This document shows positions 36,348 to 45,909 of a stretch of DNA of 64,000 nucleotides, in pieces. The notes beneath the pieces are model-generated. The model was not told the origin of the DNA. It did no database searches and saw nothing but the letters and a program-made list of their open reading frames with translations. Origin of the DNA: a virus; IMG/VR virus record IMGVR_UViG_3300028388_003025, positions 15,121 to 79,120 of that record. One strand, given 5' to 3'. The position numbers and the translations under genes are program-made. The number at the start of each line of letters is the position of its first letter. The stretch's first letter is position 1.

Positions 36348-37451
36348 ATGGGATTTTTACCAATAGGGCTGGAGCTTTTAACTTATGACCAGATAGTCAA
36401 CGATATAGTTGATGTATTTGATGCAGAGGACAAACATGCTACAGACGCAAGAACAATAGGATCAGTTCAAAGAACATATATAGAAGCTATAGCGTTACAA
36501 ATATTTAAGATACATAACAGACAAAGAAAATTAATGTCTCGTCCACACTGGGCATCGGCATCTGGTAAAGATCTAGATGATTTAGCTGCAGGATATGGGC
36601 TCACAAGGGAAGATGCATCAAAATCTTCTGGTCCATTAACCTTCTATAGAAGCACAGCAACACAGCCAATCCTAATTCCTGCAGGAACAAGGGTAGTTAG
36701 ACCAGCCTCTGGTAGCGTTGAGGAGCTTGGATACTATACATTGTCAGACGTATATCTAGGCATTGGCGTAGCGTCTCAAACAGTTGATGTCGAGGCGGAG
36801 TCTACAGGAGAAGTTGGAAACACTGGCATAAGAACAATTACACAAACTAGCGTAGCGGGAATCACTGGCGCTTATAACCCATCTGAATATACTAATGGCA
36901 GAGACATAGAAAGTGATGATGAGTTAAGAAGAAGATTATCATTGCTGTTTGCATCAATGCAGAAAGCAACTATTGATGCAATTAAATTCGCTGCATTCTC
37001 AGTGGCTGGAGTTGACTCTGTTGTTATATCAGAGAATGATCCATACCCTGGATATATAAAAGTATATACTTCAGACGAGAACGGTATTCAAACGCTGAGC
37101 ACAAAGCTTGCCGTTGAGGATGCTATAGAGGAATATAAAGCTGCAGGCATTACTGTTGTTGTAGACAAGCCTCAAATAAGATATGAAGCAATAACTGTTC
37201 AGGTCAATATAGTAGATCCAACATTATATGTAGATGTAAAAGACGAACTTGAACTATCTCTAACTAATTGGCTTAATCAGTTTGCCATGGGAGAAGCATT
37301 GTTAATATCAGAGATAATTGCAAAACTTCATGAGAGTTCAAATGTTTATAATGTTGAGTCAGTAGTTGCACCAGCGACAGACATAGAGCCATTAAACAAT
37401 CAAATAATAAGGCCATCTTCAATTAATGTGGAGATAACAAATGCCGCTTAA
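36348..37451 (+). CDS. Baseplate J-like wedge protein (start probably ATG 36348)
   Basis: ASGKDLDDLA..YGLTR, IPAGTRV, GEVGN, GRDIESDDELRRR; SD gggagg before 36348. Confidence 0.92.
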   Translation: MGFLPIGLELLTYDQIVNDIVDVFDAEDKHATDARTIGSVQRTYIEAIALQIFKIHNRQRKLMSRPHWASASGKDLDDLAAGYGLTREDASKSSGPLTFYRSTATQPILIPAGTRVVRPASGSVEELGYYTLSDVYLGIGVASQTVDVEAESTGEVGNTGIRTITQTSVAGITGAYNPSEYTNGRDIESDDELRRRLSLLFASMQKATIDAIKFAAFSVAGVDSVVISENDPYPGYIKVYTSDENGIQTLSTKLAVEDAIEEYKAAGITVVVDKPQIRYEAITVQVNIVDPTLYVDVKDELELSLTNWLNQFAMGEALLISEIIAKLHESSNVYNVESVVAPATDIEPLNNQIIRPSSINVEITNAA

Positions 37452-38565
37452 TAAGTTTCTAGAGTCAACAGTAAAAGTAGACAAGACTACTGCGCTGAAG
37501 GTTCTGGAATCATTGCCAGAGCCAATGCAACCTACGTTATTAAAGAATGGCGCTGGTATACTAGAGAGTCCTACATACTTATTTCTCCACAAGCTTTTCA
37601 AAGACTATGTGGATAAGTTTAATCAAGAATATAATGAGATGTATAACGGGCTGACGCTTAAGACTGCCTATGGGTTTTGGTTAAAGATGTATGGAGCTTC
37701 TGTAAACATTGCACCTATATCTGGAGAGACTATAGAGAATCAATATACCTCAGACGAGACTGTTGTAGTAGAAGTTGATGAAATAGTTAAGGTTGTTTTA
37801 GGGCATTCAGCTGGAGGAGCTGAGCTTCATTATTATAAAAGACTTAATACTCAGCTTCCGTTAACAGACTTATCAACAATTGATTTCACTTCTTTAGACT
37901 GGCAAGATGTAACTACATATGATGAACCAGAGGCTACATTTAAAGCAAGAATAATAAATGAAATATTTAAAAACAAGGTATCAAATATTGCAATCAAGGA
38001 TGCACTGCAACCTTTTTCCTCTACTGAGGTTTTTGTTCTTGATAAGCTAGGAGCTTCGGCATCTTCAAGCATTGGAATACAAACAATACCGTCCGAACTC
38101 CCATTCCTTTCTTATGACGAACAAGAGATATACACTTCACTATCTTCAGATATTGATTCATCAGTGCTTACAATCCAGCTTGATGACACTTCGTTCTTCC
38201 CAGACTCTGGCGTGATACAGATCGGTCAGGAGTATATGTTATATAGTTCAAAGGATTCTAGTAATATATACGTAGAAGAAAGAGGATATGCAGAAACTTC
38301 TGCAGCTCCTCACTATGCAACAAATAGAGTTTACTATGCTACTAGATTTTTTAATATGTTTCTCGATGCCTTTAATGTTTTAGGTGGCCTAACGACAGAC
38401 GCTGATGGAAATCCTGCTGTAAGCGGTGCCTTTGAGTTTGATATATATATCACACCATATCCCAATACTGACAATACAATAAAGACAATTACTAATATCG
38501 TCAACTCTTTTAAAGCATCTGGAACTAAGTTCAATCTTAAAATCGGGTTGCCCTATAGTGGCTAG
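37441..38565 (+). CDS. Baseplate wedge protein (gpI/gp48-like) with insertions
   Basis: TAYGFWLKMYG, EATFKARI, IVNSFKASGTKF; follows baseplate J. Confidence 0.7.
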   Translation: MPLNKFLESTVKVDKTTALKVLESLPEPMQPTLLKNGAGILESPTYLFLHKLFKDYVDKFNQEYNEMYNGLTLKTAYGFWLKMYGASVNIAPISGETIENQYTSDETVVVEVDEIVKVVLGHSAGGAELHYYKRLNTQLPLTDLSTIDFTSLDWQDVTTYDEPEATFKARIINEIFKNKVSNIAIKDALQPFSSTEVFVLDKLGASASSSIGIQTIPSELPFLSYDEQEIYTSLSSDIDSSVLTIQLDDTSFFPDSGVIQIGQEYMLYSSKDSSNIYVEERGYAETSAAPHYATNRVYYATRFFNMFLDAFNVLGGLTTDADGNPAVSGAFEFDIYITPYPNTDNTIKTITNIVNSFKASGTKFNLKIGLPYSG

Positions 38566-38583
38566 AAAGGTTATAATTAGAAT

Positions 38584-39042
38584 ATGCCAGGCTCATTAAT
38601 TACAGTTCGTGAATACACAGAAAACGACACAGAGATGTCCATCTTTGACTTCGGTTATATAGCTCAAGATCAGATAGGATTCTCTAAGCGATTAGTAATA
38701 TATAACAACTACGATGCGCTTGCTAACGTTGGTGACGCACTAGCTGTTAATATATGTGCCTATGACGATGAAGACAAGAACGCTGCAACAGAGCCAATAG
38801 TTGGTAAATGGATAGAAGCTAGACAAGTTGAATACAATGGCGTAGCTCTTGATGATCAGCCTTGGACTCCGATAGGCGGATCAAATAAGCTTCTGCTTCC
38901 TTATAACTCAGCGAAGATAAATGGATCTGACGGAGAGCGTGGATCAAGCACTATTATAGAACTGAGGATGAATATTCCTCACGACATTACAATATATGGC
39001 GAATACAAACCGTATATATGCCTAGAATATGAGGAAGCTTAA
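38584..39042 (+). CDS. Hypothetical virion protein
   Basis: Beta-rich 152 aa; TTGCCC-18-TATAAT promoter with ATG 6 nt after the -10 box. Confidence 0.65.
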   Translation: MPGSLITVREYTENDTEMSIFDFGYIAQDQIGFSKRLVIYNNYDALANVGDALAVNICAYDDEDKNAATEPIVGKWIEARQVEYNGVALDDQPWTPIGGSNKLLLPYNSAKINGSDGERGSSTIIELRMNIPHDITIYGEYKPYICLEYEEA

Positions 39043-42000
39043 TGGTAAAAGGTAAACAAGTATACTCAGCTGGTGAGCTATATACAACGTCAGCAGTAAA
39101 TCAAGAACAATTAGATAGAGAGATTGGAGATAGCAATCTAATATCAGACCTTATAACCAAGGGCAAGGTAATAATTGGAGACACAGGCTTAAAGGGAGTT
39201 GCTGGATCTTCAGAATTTTCTATAAACCCAGGCACGGCATATGCATTGCAGAGTAATGATATTGTAAGGCGTATAGCCCTTGAATCTTTTATTGAATACG
39301 AGCCTCAAATGTCTGTTGATAAGAACACAGTTGTTGTGGATCACAAGATAAAACCTGGCGGCACAGTGAGAGTTTACAAAGCTTTCGCAGCAAACAGATT
39401 CATCGAGATGGAATCAGTTGGCGAAGGCGATGGGACTATCGCTCAATTTGATTTACAATATGTTTCCGATGGCGACGATGCTGATCCTAATTTTGTATAT
39501 ATAAACGAGAACGCTATCGATCCTTCTAAGTGGTTCTTTACAACTGGATCTAATGGTCAGTCTCAAAAAGCAATTAAATTTAATCAAACAACTTCAGAGA
39601 TAGAAACAGATAACGCTCAGGCAGATTGGAACCTGACAGGGCTTATATTAAAACTATCTCTCTTTAATCCAGCAACACTCAGCTTTATAAACGTAGATGT
39701 TAACTTTGTTGGCGCGAATCCGCTTGCAACTAATGATGTTGTTGCGCAAATTCAATCAGCAATAAACAATGCTGGCATGAATCCTTATTATCAAGCGACG
39801 ACAAGCGCAAGTAAGATAAGTATATCAAGTATAAATACAGGCTTTGACAAGAGAATTAAAATAATTTCAAGCGGTAGCACAGCAATAGGCGTTGGGCTTC
39901 TAGAATACAGTGGAGCAAATTTAGACACAGAGGTTGCTGGCTCTGGTGAGGTTACATTATATGATAGGGTTTATTGTTCTTACACTAGATATTATAAGGA
40001 TTATTATGGAAGCTTTAGCTTAACCGACTATAAAACAATAACGCTTAATGATGATCTAACTAGTGAAGAGGATCAGAATGAATCAATTCCAGTTATCGTA
40101 GAATATGAGCCAGACCTTACATATTATTATGGTGGTGATGAATACTCAATAGCAGCTCTGCCATCTAGTGGTAATAGCCGATATGATTTAGTATACATCG
40201 AGTTTAAAGAAGATAAAAAATACCATGAACAATTCTTTTTCAATACTGATACATTAGCACCAGAAAGAAAAACATCTCTATCTAGAAATGTATATAGTTA
40301 TGAGATTAAAGTTTTATCAGCAGCAGAGGCCGCTACGAATCCTCCGCATGTTGATATTGACGATTTATTAAATTCATCAACTGGTGTTAGTCCATATGCC
40401 ATACCACTATTTGAGGTTCTAGTAACTGATGCTGGCGCTGTTTCTATAGAGAATAACATTATAGGTTCGGTTACTGGCACTCAGGACGTAAACTATTTAA
40501 GACTATCTGACTATAGGTTCTATAATTCAAACCTAGATAATTTTAGACGAAGAGAAATTGATGTTCCAATAAAAGAACAATGGACAGTCACTACAGGCAA
40601 TTCAACTCAGATATTAAACTTTGACGAAGAGTATGGATATTGCATAGCAGATGATTATGTTACAGTTGCTGACCAGAACCCTAGTGGAGATCTTGTATAT
40701 AGAGATGCAGCTGGAGCTCCTGCGGCAGAAGATATTGATAACTTAATATTCGCAAAGATAACAACAGCAACTCCTGGTTCCGAAGAAGTCACGTTCTATC
40801 GTGGCGATCCAAATGGAACTCTCGGTGTTGACTATAATGTATTCACAACAGCTTCAAATGAAGACTGGATTCTTAACTACTATATAAGATCAACGATAGA
40901 AAGAATGCCTGTTGATATTTTAAAAACACTATCAACAAACGGAATGGCAATAGATTCTGGCGCATTAACTGAAACAGCTAAGAACTTAAGAAAGCTTAGG
41001 GTAGACTTTAATACTGTAATGAACGGCAAGCTTACCTATATTAAGAGTTTGCAAGAAATAAAATGGACAGCAACCAGATTCTTATTTAGAGACATAGATG
41101 GTTCTTCTGTCAATACTCTAACAGCCAGTGCGGCCAATGTTGCAATAGCTGACGGAGAATATGCTTATGTTATATTTGACAGAACTGGCGCCACTGTATT
41201 AAATGATGAAGTAAAAGTGGACTCAAACCCTTGGGCCCTACATCCTGATTATGAAAACGATTTAATAATTCTTGGCGTAAGAGATGGGCAAGACTTCTTT
41301 TATGCAAATGATTCTAATAGTGGTACTGGCGGTGGCGGAGAGTGGGTTGAAGAAGTCAATGCTCCAGCCACAATGACTGGTTCAAATCAGCTAGTTATAC
41401 CAGACGCAGACGACGTTGCTGATTCTATATATTCTATTGGAAGGTTTGTCAGAATTGAAACAGTTGAAGGACTGGGTGCTGAAAATTATTACTATGCTCA
41501 AATATCTGCAGTAGCTAGTGCTCCACCAAACTTCACAATAGATATAGAGAATGTTCAAGATAAAGATGGAACATCACAAACAATTACTAGCGGAGCTACA
41601 ATATTATCTTTTAAATATGTTGCCATGCAGATGAAATATATGGGAATAAACAATGATGTCAACCCACAGAACAAAGCCTTGCTAGATCACGTAAGTGACT
41701 TTTCAATTCACAATTCTTTTAAATATGTATTTAACACAGAGAATCTTTCATCACAAATTGGTGTAGGGGGATCCGGATTATCCTTTACAATGACTTCTGA
41801 TGGAGAGACAGACTCTATAGTTGTATATCATAATGGTGTTTTACTTGATCCTGCAAGTGAGTATACTGTTAATTCAACAAACTCTTTTACAATTATTGGC
41901 AACGTTGATCCTGATGATAGCGTTTTCGTATCATATGCACTGCTAGGTCAGGAGCAAGGATTCGTGTTTAATGAAGACTTGGGCGTTCAAGGCATAGGAA

Positions 42001-42836
42001 GCGTGTTCACAACAGCACAAGAATTCGTTCCATCATCTATAATGGTATTTAGGAATGGCGGTTATTTAACCTTAGGTAGTACTCCAAATGGATATACTGT
42101 AACAGATTCAAATGAAATAACATTAGGCAGTGCTTTGACTGCTGGAGAAACTCTTGTTGTGCACTATGATATAGCTGGAGGAGATACGAACTTTGTCATA
42201 TTCAATGAGAACGTTTCTAGTCAAGCACCAGGATCTACATTCTCTTTAGTCAACGCGTTTTTTCCAGACTCATTAATGGTCATAAGAAACGGGCAGGTAC
42301 TAACACAAGGAATAGACCCAGGAGACTTTACGGTTTCTGGAACAAGAACATTTACCCTCAATACTCCAGCAGAAAGCTGGGAATCTATAGTCGTTACATA
42401 CAATAGACAATGGACTACAGTTGCTGCACTTATAGATTTAACAGATGTAAATCTAGAAAGCCCTGCAGAAGGAGATGTTCTTACATATAATGCAACTTCT
42501 GAGAAGTGGGAAAATACAGTTCAAAAAGAATATATTACGCTTAAGGCAATGGTTCCTTCAGTAAGTTCTTATCTAGACATAGCATCTATTCCTTGGGACG
42601 GAACTATAACTGGAGTAAAAATCAAGTGTGACCAAGGTACTGCAAACTTAACTGCTAGTCTATATAAAAATGGCGCCAGCTTAGTCGCTGGACCGACAGC
42701 ATTATTAAATAATAACTGGACAGATCCAGGCCCATTGGCAAACACGTCTGTTGTAATAGGGGATACACTTAACTTAGATGTTTCTTCTTACACAACAGGA
42801 ACAGTGTTACTTATTGAGGTTGAAATAACCCGATAA
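39042..42836 (+). CDS. Large tail fibre / baseplate attachment protein
   Basis: INPGTAY and RYDLVYI baseplate-attachment-like motifs; three ~75-aa repeats (VYHNGVLL, VFRNGGYL, VIRNGQVL); DLTDVNLESPAEGDVLTYNATSEKWEN fibre motif. Confidence 0.75.
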   Translation: MVKGKQVYSAGELYTTSAVNQEQLDREIGDSNLISDLITKGKVIIGDTGLKGVAGSSEFSINPGTAYALQSNDIVRRIALESFIEYEPQMSVDKNTVVVDHKIKPGGTVRVYKAFAANRFIEMESVGEGDGTIAQFDLQYVSDGDDADPNFVYINENAIDPSKWFFTTGSNGQSQKAIKFNQTTSEIETDNAQADWNLTGLILKLSLFNPATLSFINVDVNFVGANPLATNDVVAQIQSAINNAGMNPYYQATTSASKISISSINTGFDKRIKIISSGSTAIGVGLLEYSGANLDTEVAGSGEVTLYDRVYCSYTRYYKDYYGSFSLTDYKTITLNDDLTSEEDQNESIPVIVEYEPDLTYYYGGDEYSIAALPSSGNSRYDLVYIEFKEDKKYHEQFFFNTDTLAPERKTSLSRNVYSYEIKVLSAAEAATNPPHVDIDDLLNSSTGVSPYAIPLFEVLVTDAGAVSIENNIIGSVTGTQDVNYLRLSDYRFYNSNLDNFRRREIDVPIKEQWTVTTGNSTQILNFDEEYGYCIADDYVTVADQNPSGDLVYRDAAGAPAAEDIDNLIFAKITTATPGSEEVTFYRGDPNGTLGVDYNVFTTASNEDWILNYYIRSTIERMPVDILKTLSTNGMAIDSGALTETAKNLRKLRVDFNTVMNGKLTYIKSLQEIKWTATRFLFRDIDGSSVNTLTASAANVAIADGEYAYVIFDRTGATVLNDEVKVDSNPWALHPDYENDLIILGVRDGQDFFYANDSNSGTGGGGEWVEEVNAPATMTGSNQLVIPDADDVADSIYSIGRFVRIETVEGLGAENYYYAQISAVASAPPNFTIDIENVQDKDGTSQTITSGATILSFKYVAMQMKYMGINNDVNPQNKALLDHVSDFSIHNSFKYVFNTENLSSQIGVGGSGLSFTMTSDGETDSIVVYHNGVLLDPASEYTVNSTNSFTIIGNVDPDDSVFVSYALLGQEQGFVFNEDLGVQGIGSVFTTAQEFVPSSIMVFRNGGYLTLGSTPNGYTVTDSNEITLGSALTAGETLVVHYDIAGGDTNFVIFNENVSSQAPGSTFSLVNAFFPDSLMVIRNGQVLTQGIDPGDFTVSGTRTFTLNTPAESWESIVVTYNRQWTTVAALIDLTDVNLESPAEGDVLTYNATSEKWENTVQKEYITLKAMVPSVSSYLDIASIPWDGTITGVKIKCDQGTANLTASLYKNGASLVAGPTALLNNNWTDPGPLANTSVVIGDTLNLDVSSYTTGTVLLIEVEITR

Positions 42837-42840
42837 GCTC

Positions 42841-42849
42841 TGATATAAT
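42841..42849 (+). promoter_or_regulatory. Extended -10 promoter TGaTATAAT at the head of the poly-Ser/radical-SAM operon
   Basis: TGATATAAT 42841-42849; SD aaggag before ATG 42868. Confidence 0.6.
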
Positions 42850-42867
42850 TTAAGTAAGGAGAAAATT

Positions 42868-43071
42868 ATGACAAGAGAAGGTTTAAGAGAAGTACAAGTA
42901 GCATTCTATTGGGGCGCTAAAACTGCAGCAGAAATAACTACAATAGAAGGATCGGGTGATGCAGCTGCTGGAGACCTTGTTTACAATAGCGACGACTCTT
43001 CCCTTCTTGTTTTCAATAGTACGTCTGGAACATTTGTAGCTCCATATGCCGAATGGTTCCCTGGTTCATAG
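42868..43071 (+). CDS. Small hypothetical protein (fibre-like GDLVYNSD motif)
   Basis: SD aaggag; AAGDLVYNSDDSSLLVFN resembles short trimeric fibre segments. Confidence 0.65.
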   Translation: MTREGLREVQVAFYWGAKTAAEITTIEGSGDAAAGDLVYNSDDSSLLVFNSTSGTFVAPYAEWFPGS

Positions 43072-43090
43072 TAAAATCTTGGAGGATTAA

Positions 43091-43693
43091 ATGAGTAATT
43101 TTGATATAAAAGAGATACAAGACAAACTTGATCTAGACTTTAAAAGTTTTGATAAAGGCAATGCCCCACAAGATGTTTTGTTTAACTATAAAGGTGAAAG
43201 CACAGAGAATAAGATAGAACTTTTCAAGCTTCTATTAACTCATGGCGCTGTCTTAAACAGCTCAATGCTTTCAAATCTTTGGTTTTTAATTAGATCTGGA
43301 GCAGACTTGTCAGATGATTTCTTTAAGTTAGATGCCGTATGGTTCAATGATCTTGAAGAATTTCTTGATATAAAAATAGAATTGAAAAAAGAAATAGATA
43401 TATTCACAAGAGAACTTGTTAAGTATTACCTTGCAGTTATGGCCTCTGCTTCATATGAAATGGAAGGCTCTGACGAAGGAGCCGAAGGAATTCCTTATAC
43501 ATTCCAAAGAGTATTGCTAAGCACTGACTTATTTTCTTTATCAAATTTAGTATACAAGGTTGATTTAAATACAAAAGATTTACCAATAGTTTCAGGCTCT
43601 GTAAAAATATTGAGTGCACTTGTTGGTAAAGCTAAATTTATAATGAGCTTTGCTGAAGATGTATTAAACAAATCTGTAGAGGTAGATAGGTAA
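43091..43693 (+). CDS. Hypothetical helical protein, coupled to poly-Ser protein A
   Basis: SD ggagg; TAATG overlap with 43693. Confidence 0.75.
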   Translation: MSNFDIKEIQDKLDLDFKSFDKGNAPQDVLFNYKGESTENKIELFKLLLTHGAVLNSSMLSNLWFLIRSGADLSDDFFKLDAVWFNDLEEFLDIKIELKKEIDIFTRELVKYYLAVMASASYEMEGSDEGAEGIPYTFQRVLLSTDLFSLSNLVYKVDLNTKDLPIVSGSVKILSALVGKAKFIMSFAEDVLNKSVEVDR

Positions 43694-44286
43694 TGGCGCC
43701 AACTATATCATATCAAGCAGTAATAGATGCAGTCTTGGCAGACATAGAAGCTAAGTGTTCTAATGTTGGAACAGACACTGTTCCTGCAGCTGCTAAAAGC
43801 GCTGTATATTATTCTGAGTCCGGAACCTATGATCTTGGTGGAGCTTTTGAATTAGGCGCGGGGATCAATTCTGTCCCTACAATTTTAAACCTAGTTGCCG
43901 CAGCTACTGTTCAAACACAGCTTGATGCGTTTTTATTACTACATGGCATGGACAGTGCTAGTGGCAAGATGACATCCAAGTTCTTTTTTAGACTAATAAG
44001 TTTATTGGCATGCTTTTATTCTGCAAGAGTAGTACATGCAACATATGCTGCAGGTCAAAGTCTTGTTATATATAACTCAGGCGCTGTAACTTATAATACT
44101 CCAGTTGTCACTGATGATCAGAACCTTGTAACAATTACAGATATAAACGATTTAATAACAAACTTTAAAGATAATTATTCTAATGTTGACAACATTGCAA
44201 ACCTAGGCTATTACACTTCTGCTACTAGCAGCAGTTCTAGCAGTTCTTCGTCGAACTTTATTGCCTATTTTAATTTAAATGGATAA
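43693..44286 (+). CDS. Poly-serine protein A (candidate precursor/substrate)
   Basis: 9 consecutive Ser codons at 44227-44253, then NFIAYFNLNG*; paralogue of 44300..44995. Confidence 0.85.
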   Translation: MAPTISYQAVIDAVLADIEAKCSNVGTDTVPAAAKSAVYYSESGTYDLGGAFELGAGINSVPTILNLVAAATVQTQLDAFLLLHGMDSASGKMTSKFFFRLISLLACFYSARVVHATYAAGQSLVIYNSGAVTYNTPVVTDDQNLVTITDINDLITNFKDNYSNVDNIANLGYYTSATSSSSSSSSSNFIAYFNLNG

Positions 44287-44299
44287 GGAGTATATATAA

Positions 44300-44995
44300 A
44301 TGTTTCCAAACTTGAAGACCTACGGACAACTATATGACGAAGGATTGGCTTATGTAAAAAGCATCTGCAAAAATATAGACAGCTACGATGTGTCTGTTCC
44401 AGACTCCTTGAAACACGGAGCAATATTAACGAGAACTGCTCCACATAACTTGATTGACCCAGCCGTTGCAGCAACCCCAGCCCAGGTAGATTTAACACAG
44501 ACTGCTATTGCCGCAACATCAACAGCAACAGTAGACTCTCAATACCAGGCATACTTCAATGCAAATGGTTTTACTACTGCATCATCTACGTACGCAAACA
44601 CTAAAGCAATCGTTAATTACATTTCACTTCTTAGTGCGTTTATAACTGCAAGATGCGTCACTGTAAAGAATCCAGAAGCTCCAGCAGAAGCTGAGGTTAT
44701 GTATGACGATGGAGCTGTAACATATCCAACAACTGTAGAAAACAAATATAGTATTGATTACATACAAGAAGAAGATTTTGATGCTCTTTACTCTACGTTC
44801 TTTGACTCAATGTCCAGCACTTTGAAGGTTCAGTTCGTAAGCTCTGCAGCAGCACTTAGCTCATCTTCATCCAGTTCGTCATCATCTAGTTCGTCAAGCT
44901 CATCTAGCTCATCATCGTCTAGTTCTTCTAGCTCATCATCATCTAGCAGTAGCTCTAGCTGTTTGTTTGTAGCGTATTTCAACCTTAATGGATGA
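44300..44995 (+). CDS. Poly-serine protein B (candidate precursor/substrate)
   Basis: 34 consecutive Ser codons at 44858-44959, then CLFVAYFNLNG*; SD aaggag; ATGA overlap with the first radical SAM gene. Confidence 0.85.
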   Translation: MFPNLKTYGQLYDEGLAYVKSICKNIDSYDVSVPDSLKHGAILTRTAPHNLIDPAVAATPAQVDLTQTAIAATSTATVDSQYQAYFNANGFTTASSTYANTKAIVNYISLLSAFITARCVTVKNPEAPAEAEVMYDDGAVTYPTTVENKYSIDYIQEEDFDALYSTFFDSMSSTLKVQFVSSAAALSSSSSSSSSSSSSSSSSSSSSSSSSSSSSSSSSSCLFVAYFNLNG

Positions 44996-45909
44996 GCTCC
45001 TATTTAAAGATTTTACAGTTTCTCTTATGGGAGAACTGTAGTAACGGGTGCGAATTTTGTCTGTTTAAAGATGGCAATTTTTACAATGAAGAAGAAAAAA
45101 TATCCTCTATAGACAATGCTATTTCTATAATAAAGAAAAAAGAAACTATTGATAAGTATGACGGCGTCGGACTGATAGGCGGCGAGGTCCTTGAAAGACA
45201 AACTCCAGACGTTGAGTCTAAGTGGTTTGAATTAATAGACTATATAAATAGTAGCGAATATAAAACAGTGTGGCTAGCAACCAGCTTATTGTATAAAGAT
45301 AATTCTTTACTGCATGAAACAATAAACAGGCTTAAAGATGTACACATATATCTATGTACAAGCTTTGATGTTGAAGGTAGATTCAATGAGATTAAAAAAG
45401 AAAATTGGCATAAGAATATAGCATCAATTGATTACGATAATGTCACGATCCACACATCAATTATATTAAATGATTCACTTATTGATGCATTTAATAATCA
45501 TAAGCGCCTTTTAGATAACGTACCAAACTTTAGCTTTATTGCCCCGCAATTAAATGCTACAGAACATTGGGGAAAAGATCTTAAAGACTATAATAGCCTT
45601 TTGAGAGAGCTACATAACACATATCACCCCGGCTTCTTTATAAAGAACAGGTCAGTTTTGTTAAAATTTGTTAGAGAATTTTTTATGCATTATGGTAAGA
45701 ATATACTTAAACATTCAATTGAGATTAAAACGCATAGTTATGATACAATAATACCAAGCAGATTTTCTGAAGACTATTATAAAGACAAGTGGTTGTCTTC
45801 AAGCAAGTTTAACCTTGGCTGTGGCCACGAGAATTATTCTAAATTTTATTTAGACTCAGACAAATGTGTGTTTTGTGATATTGAGGAGGTTCTTAATTGC
45901 TTAGAGTAG
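44992..45909 (+). CDS. Radical SAM protein, CGH-x12-CxxC family paralogue 1
   Basis: LWENCSNGCEFC, LIGGE, TSFDVEGRF, CGHENYSKFYLDSDKCVFCD. Confidence 0.9.
   Translation: MSSYLKILQFLLWENCSNGCEFCLFKDGNFYNEEEKISSIDNAISIIKKKETIDKYDGVGLIGGEVLERQTPDVESKWFELIDYINSSEYKTVWLATSLLYKDNSLLHETINRLKDVHIYLCTSFDVEGRFNEIKKENWHKNIASIDYDNVTIHTSIILNDSLIDAFNNHKRLLDNVPNFSFIAPQLNATEHWGKDLKDYNSLLRELHNTYHPGFFIKNRSVLLKFVREFFMHYGKNILKHSIEIKTHSYDTIIPSRFSEDYYKDKWLSSSKFNLGCGHENYSKFYLDSDKCVFCDIEEVLNCLE

Noticed and set aside
44858-44959. Poly-Ser tract as a microsatellite or sequencing artefact
   Set aside because: All six Ser codons are interleaved with no repeated nucleotide unit, and a paralogue has the same feature.
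44993-44995. TGA recoding (selenocysteine or alternative code) at the end of poly-Ser protein B
   Set aside because: Paralogue A ends at the same residue with TAA, and the TGA is an ordinary ATGA start/stop overlap.
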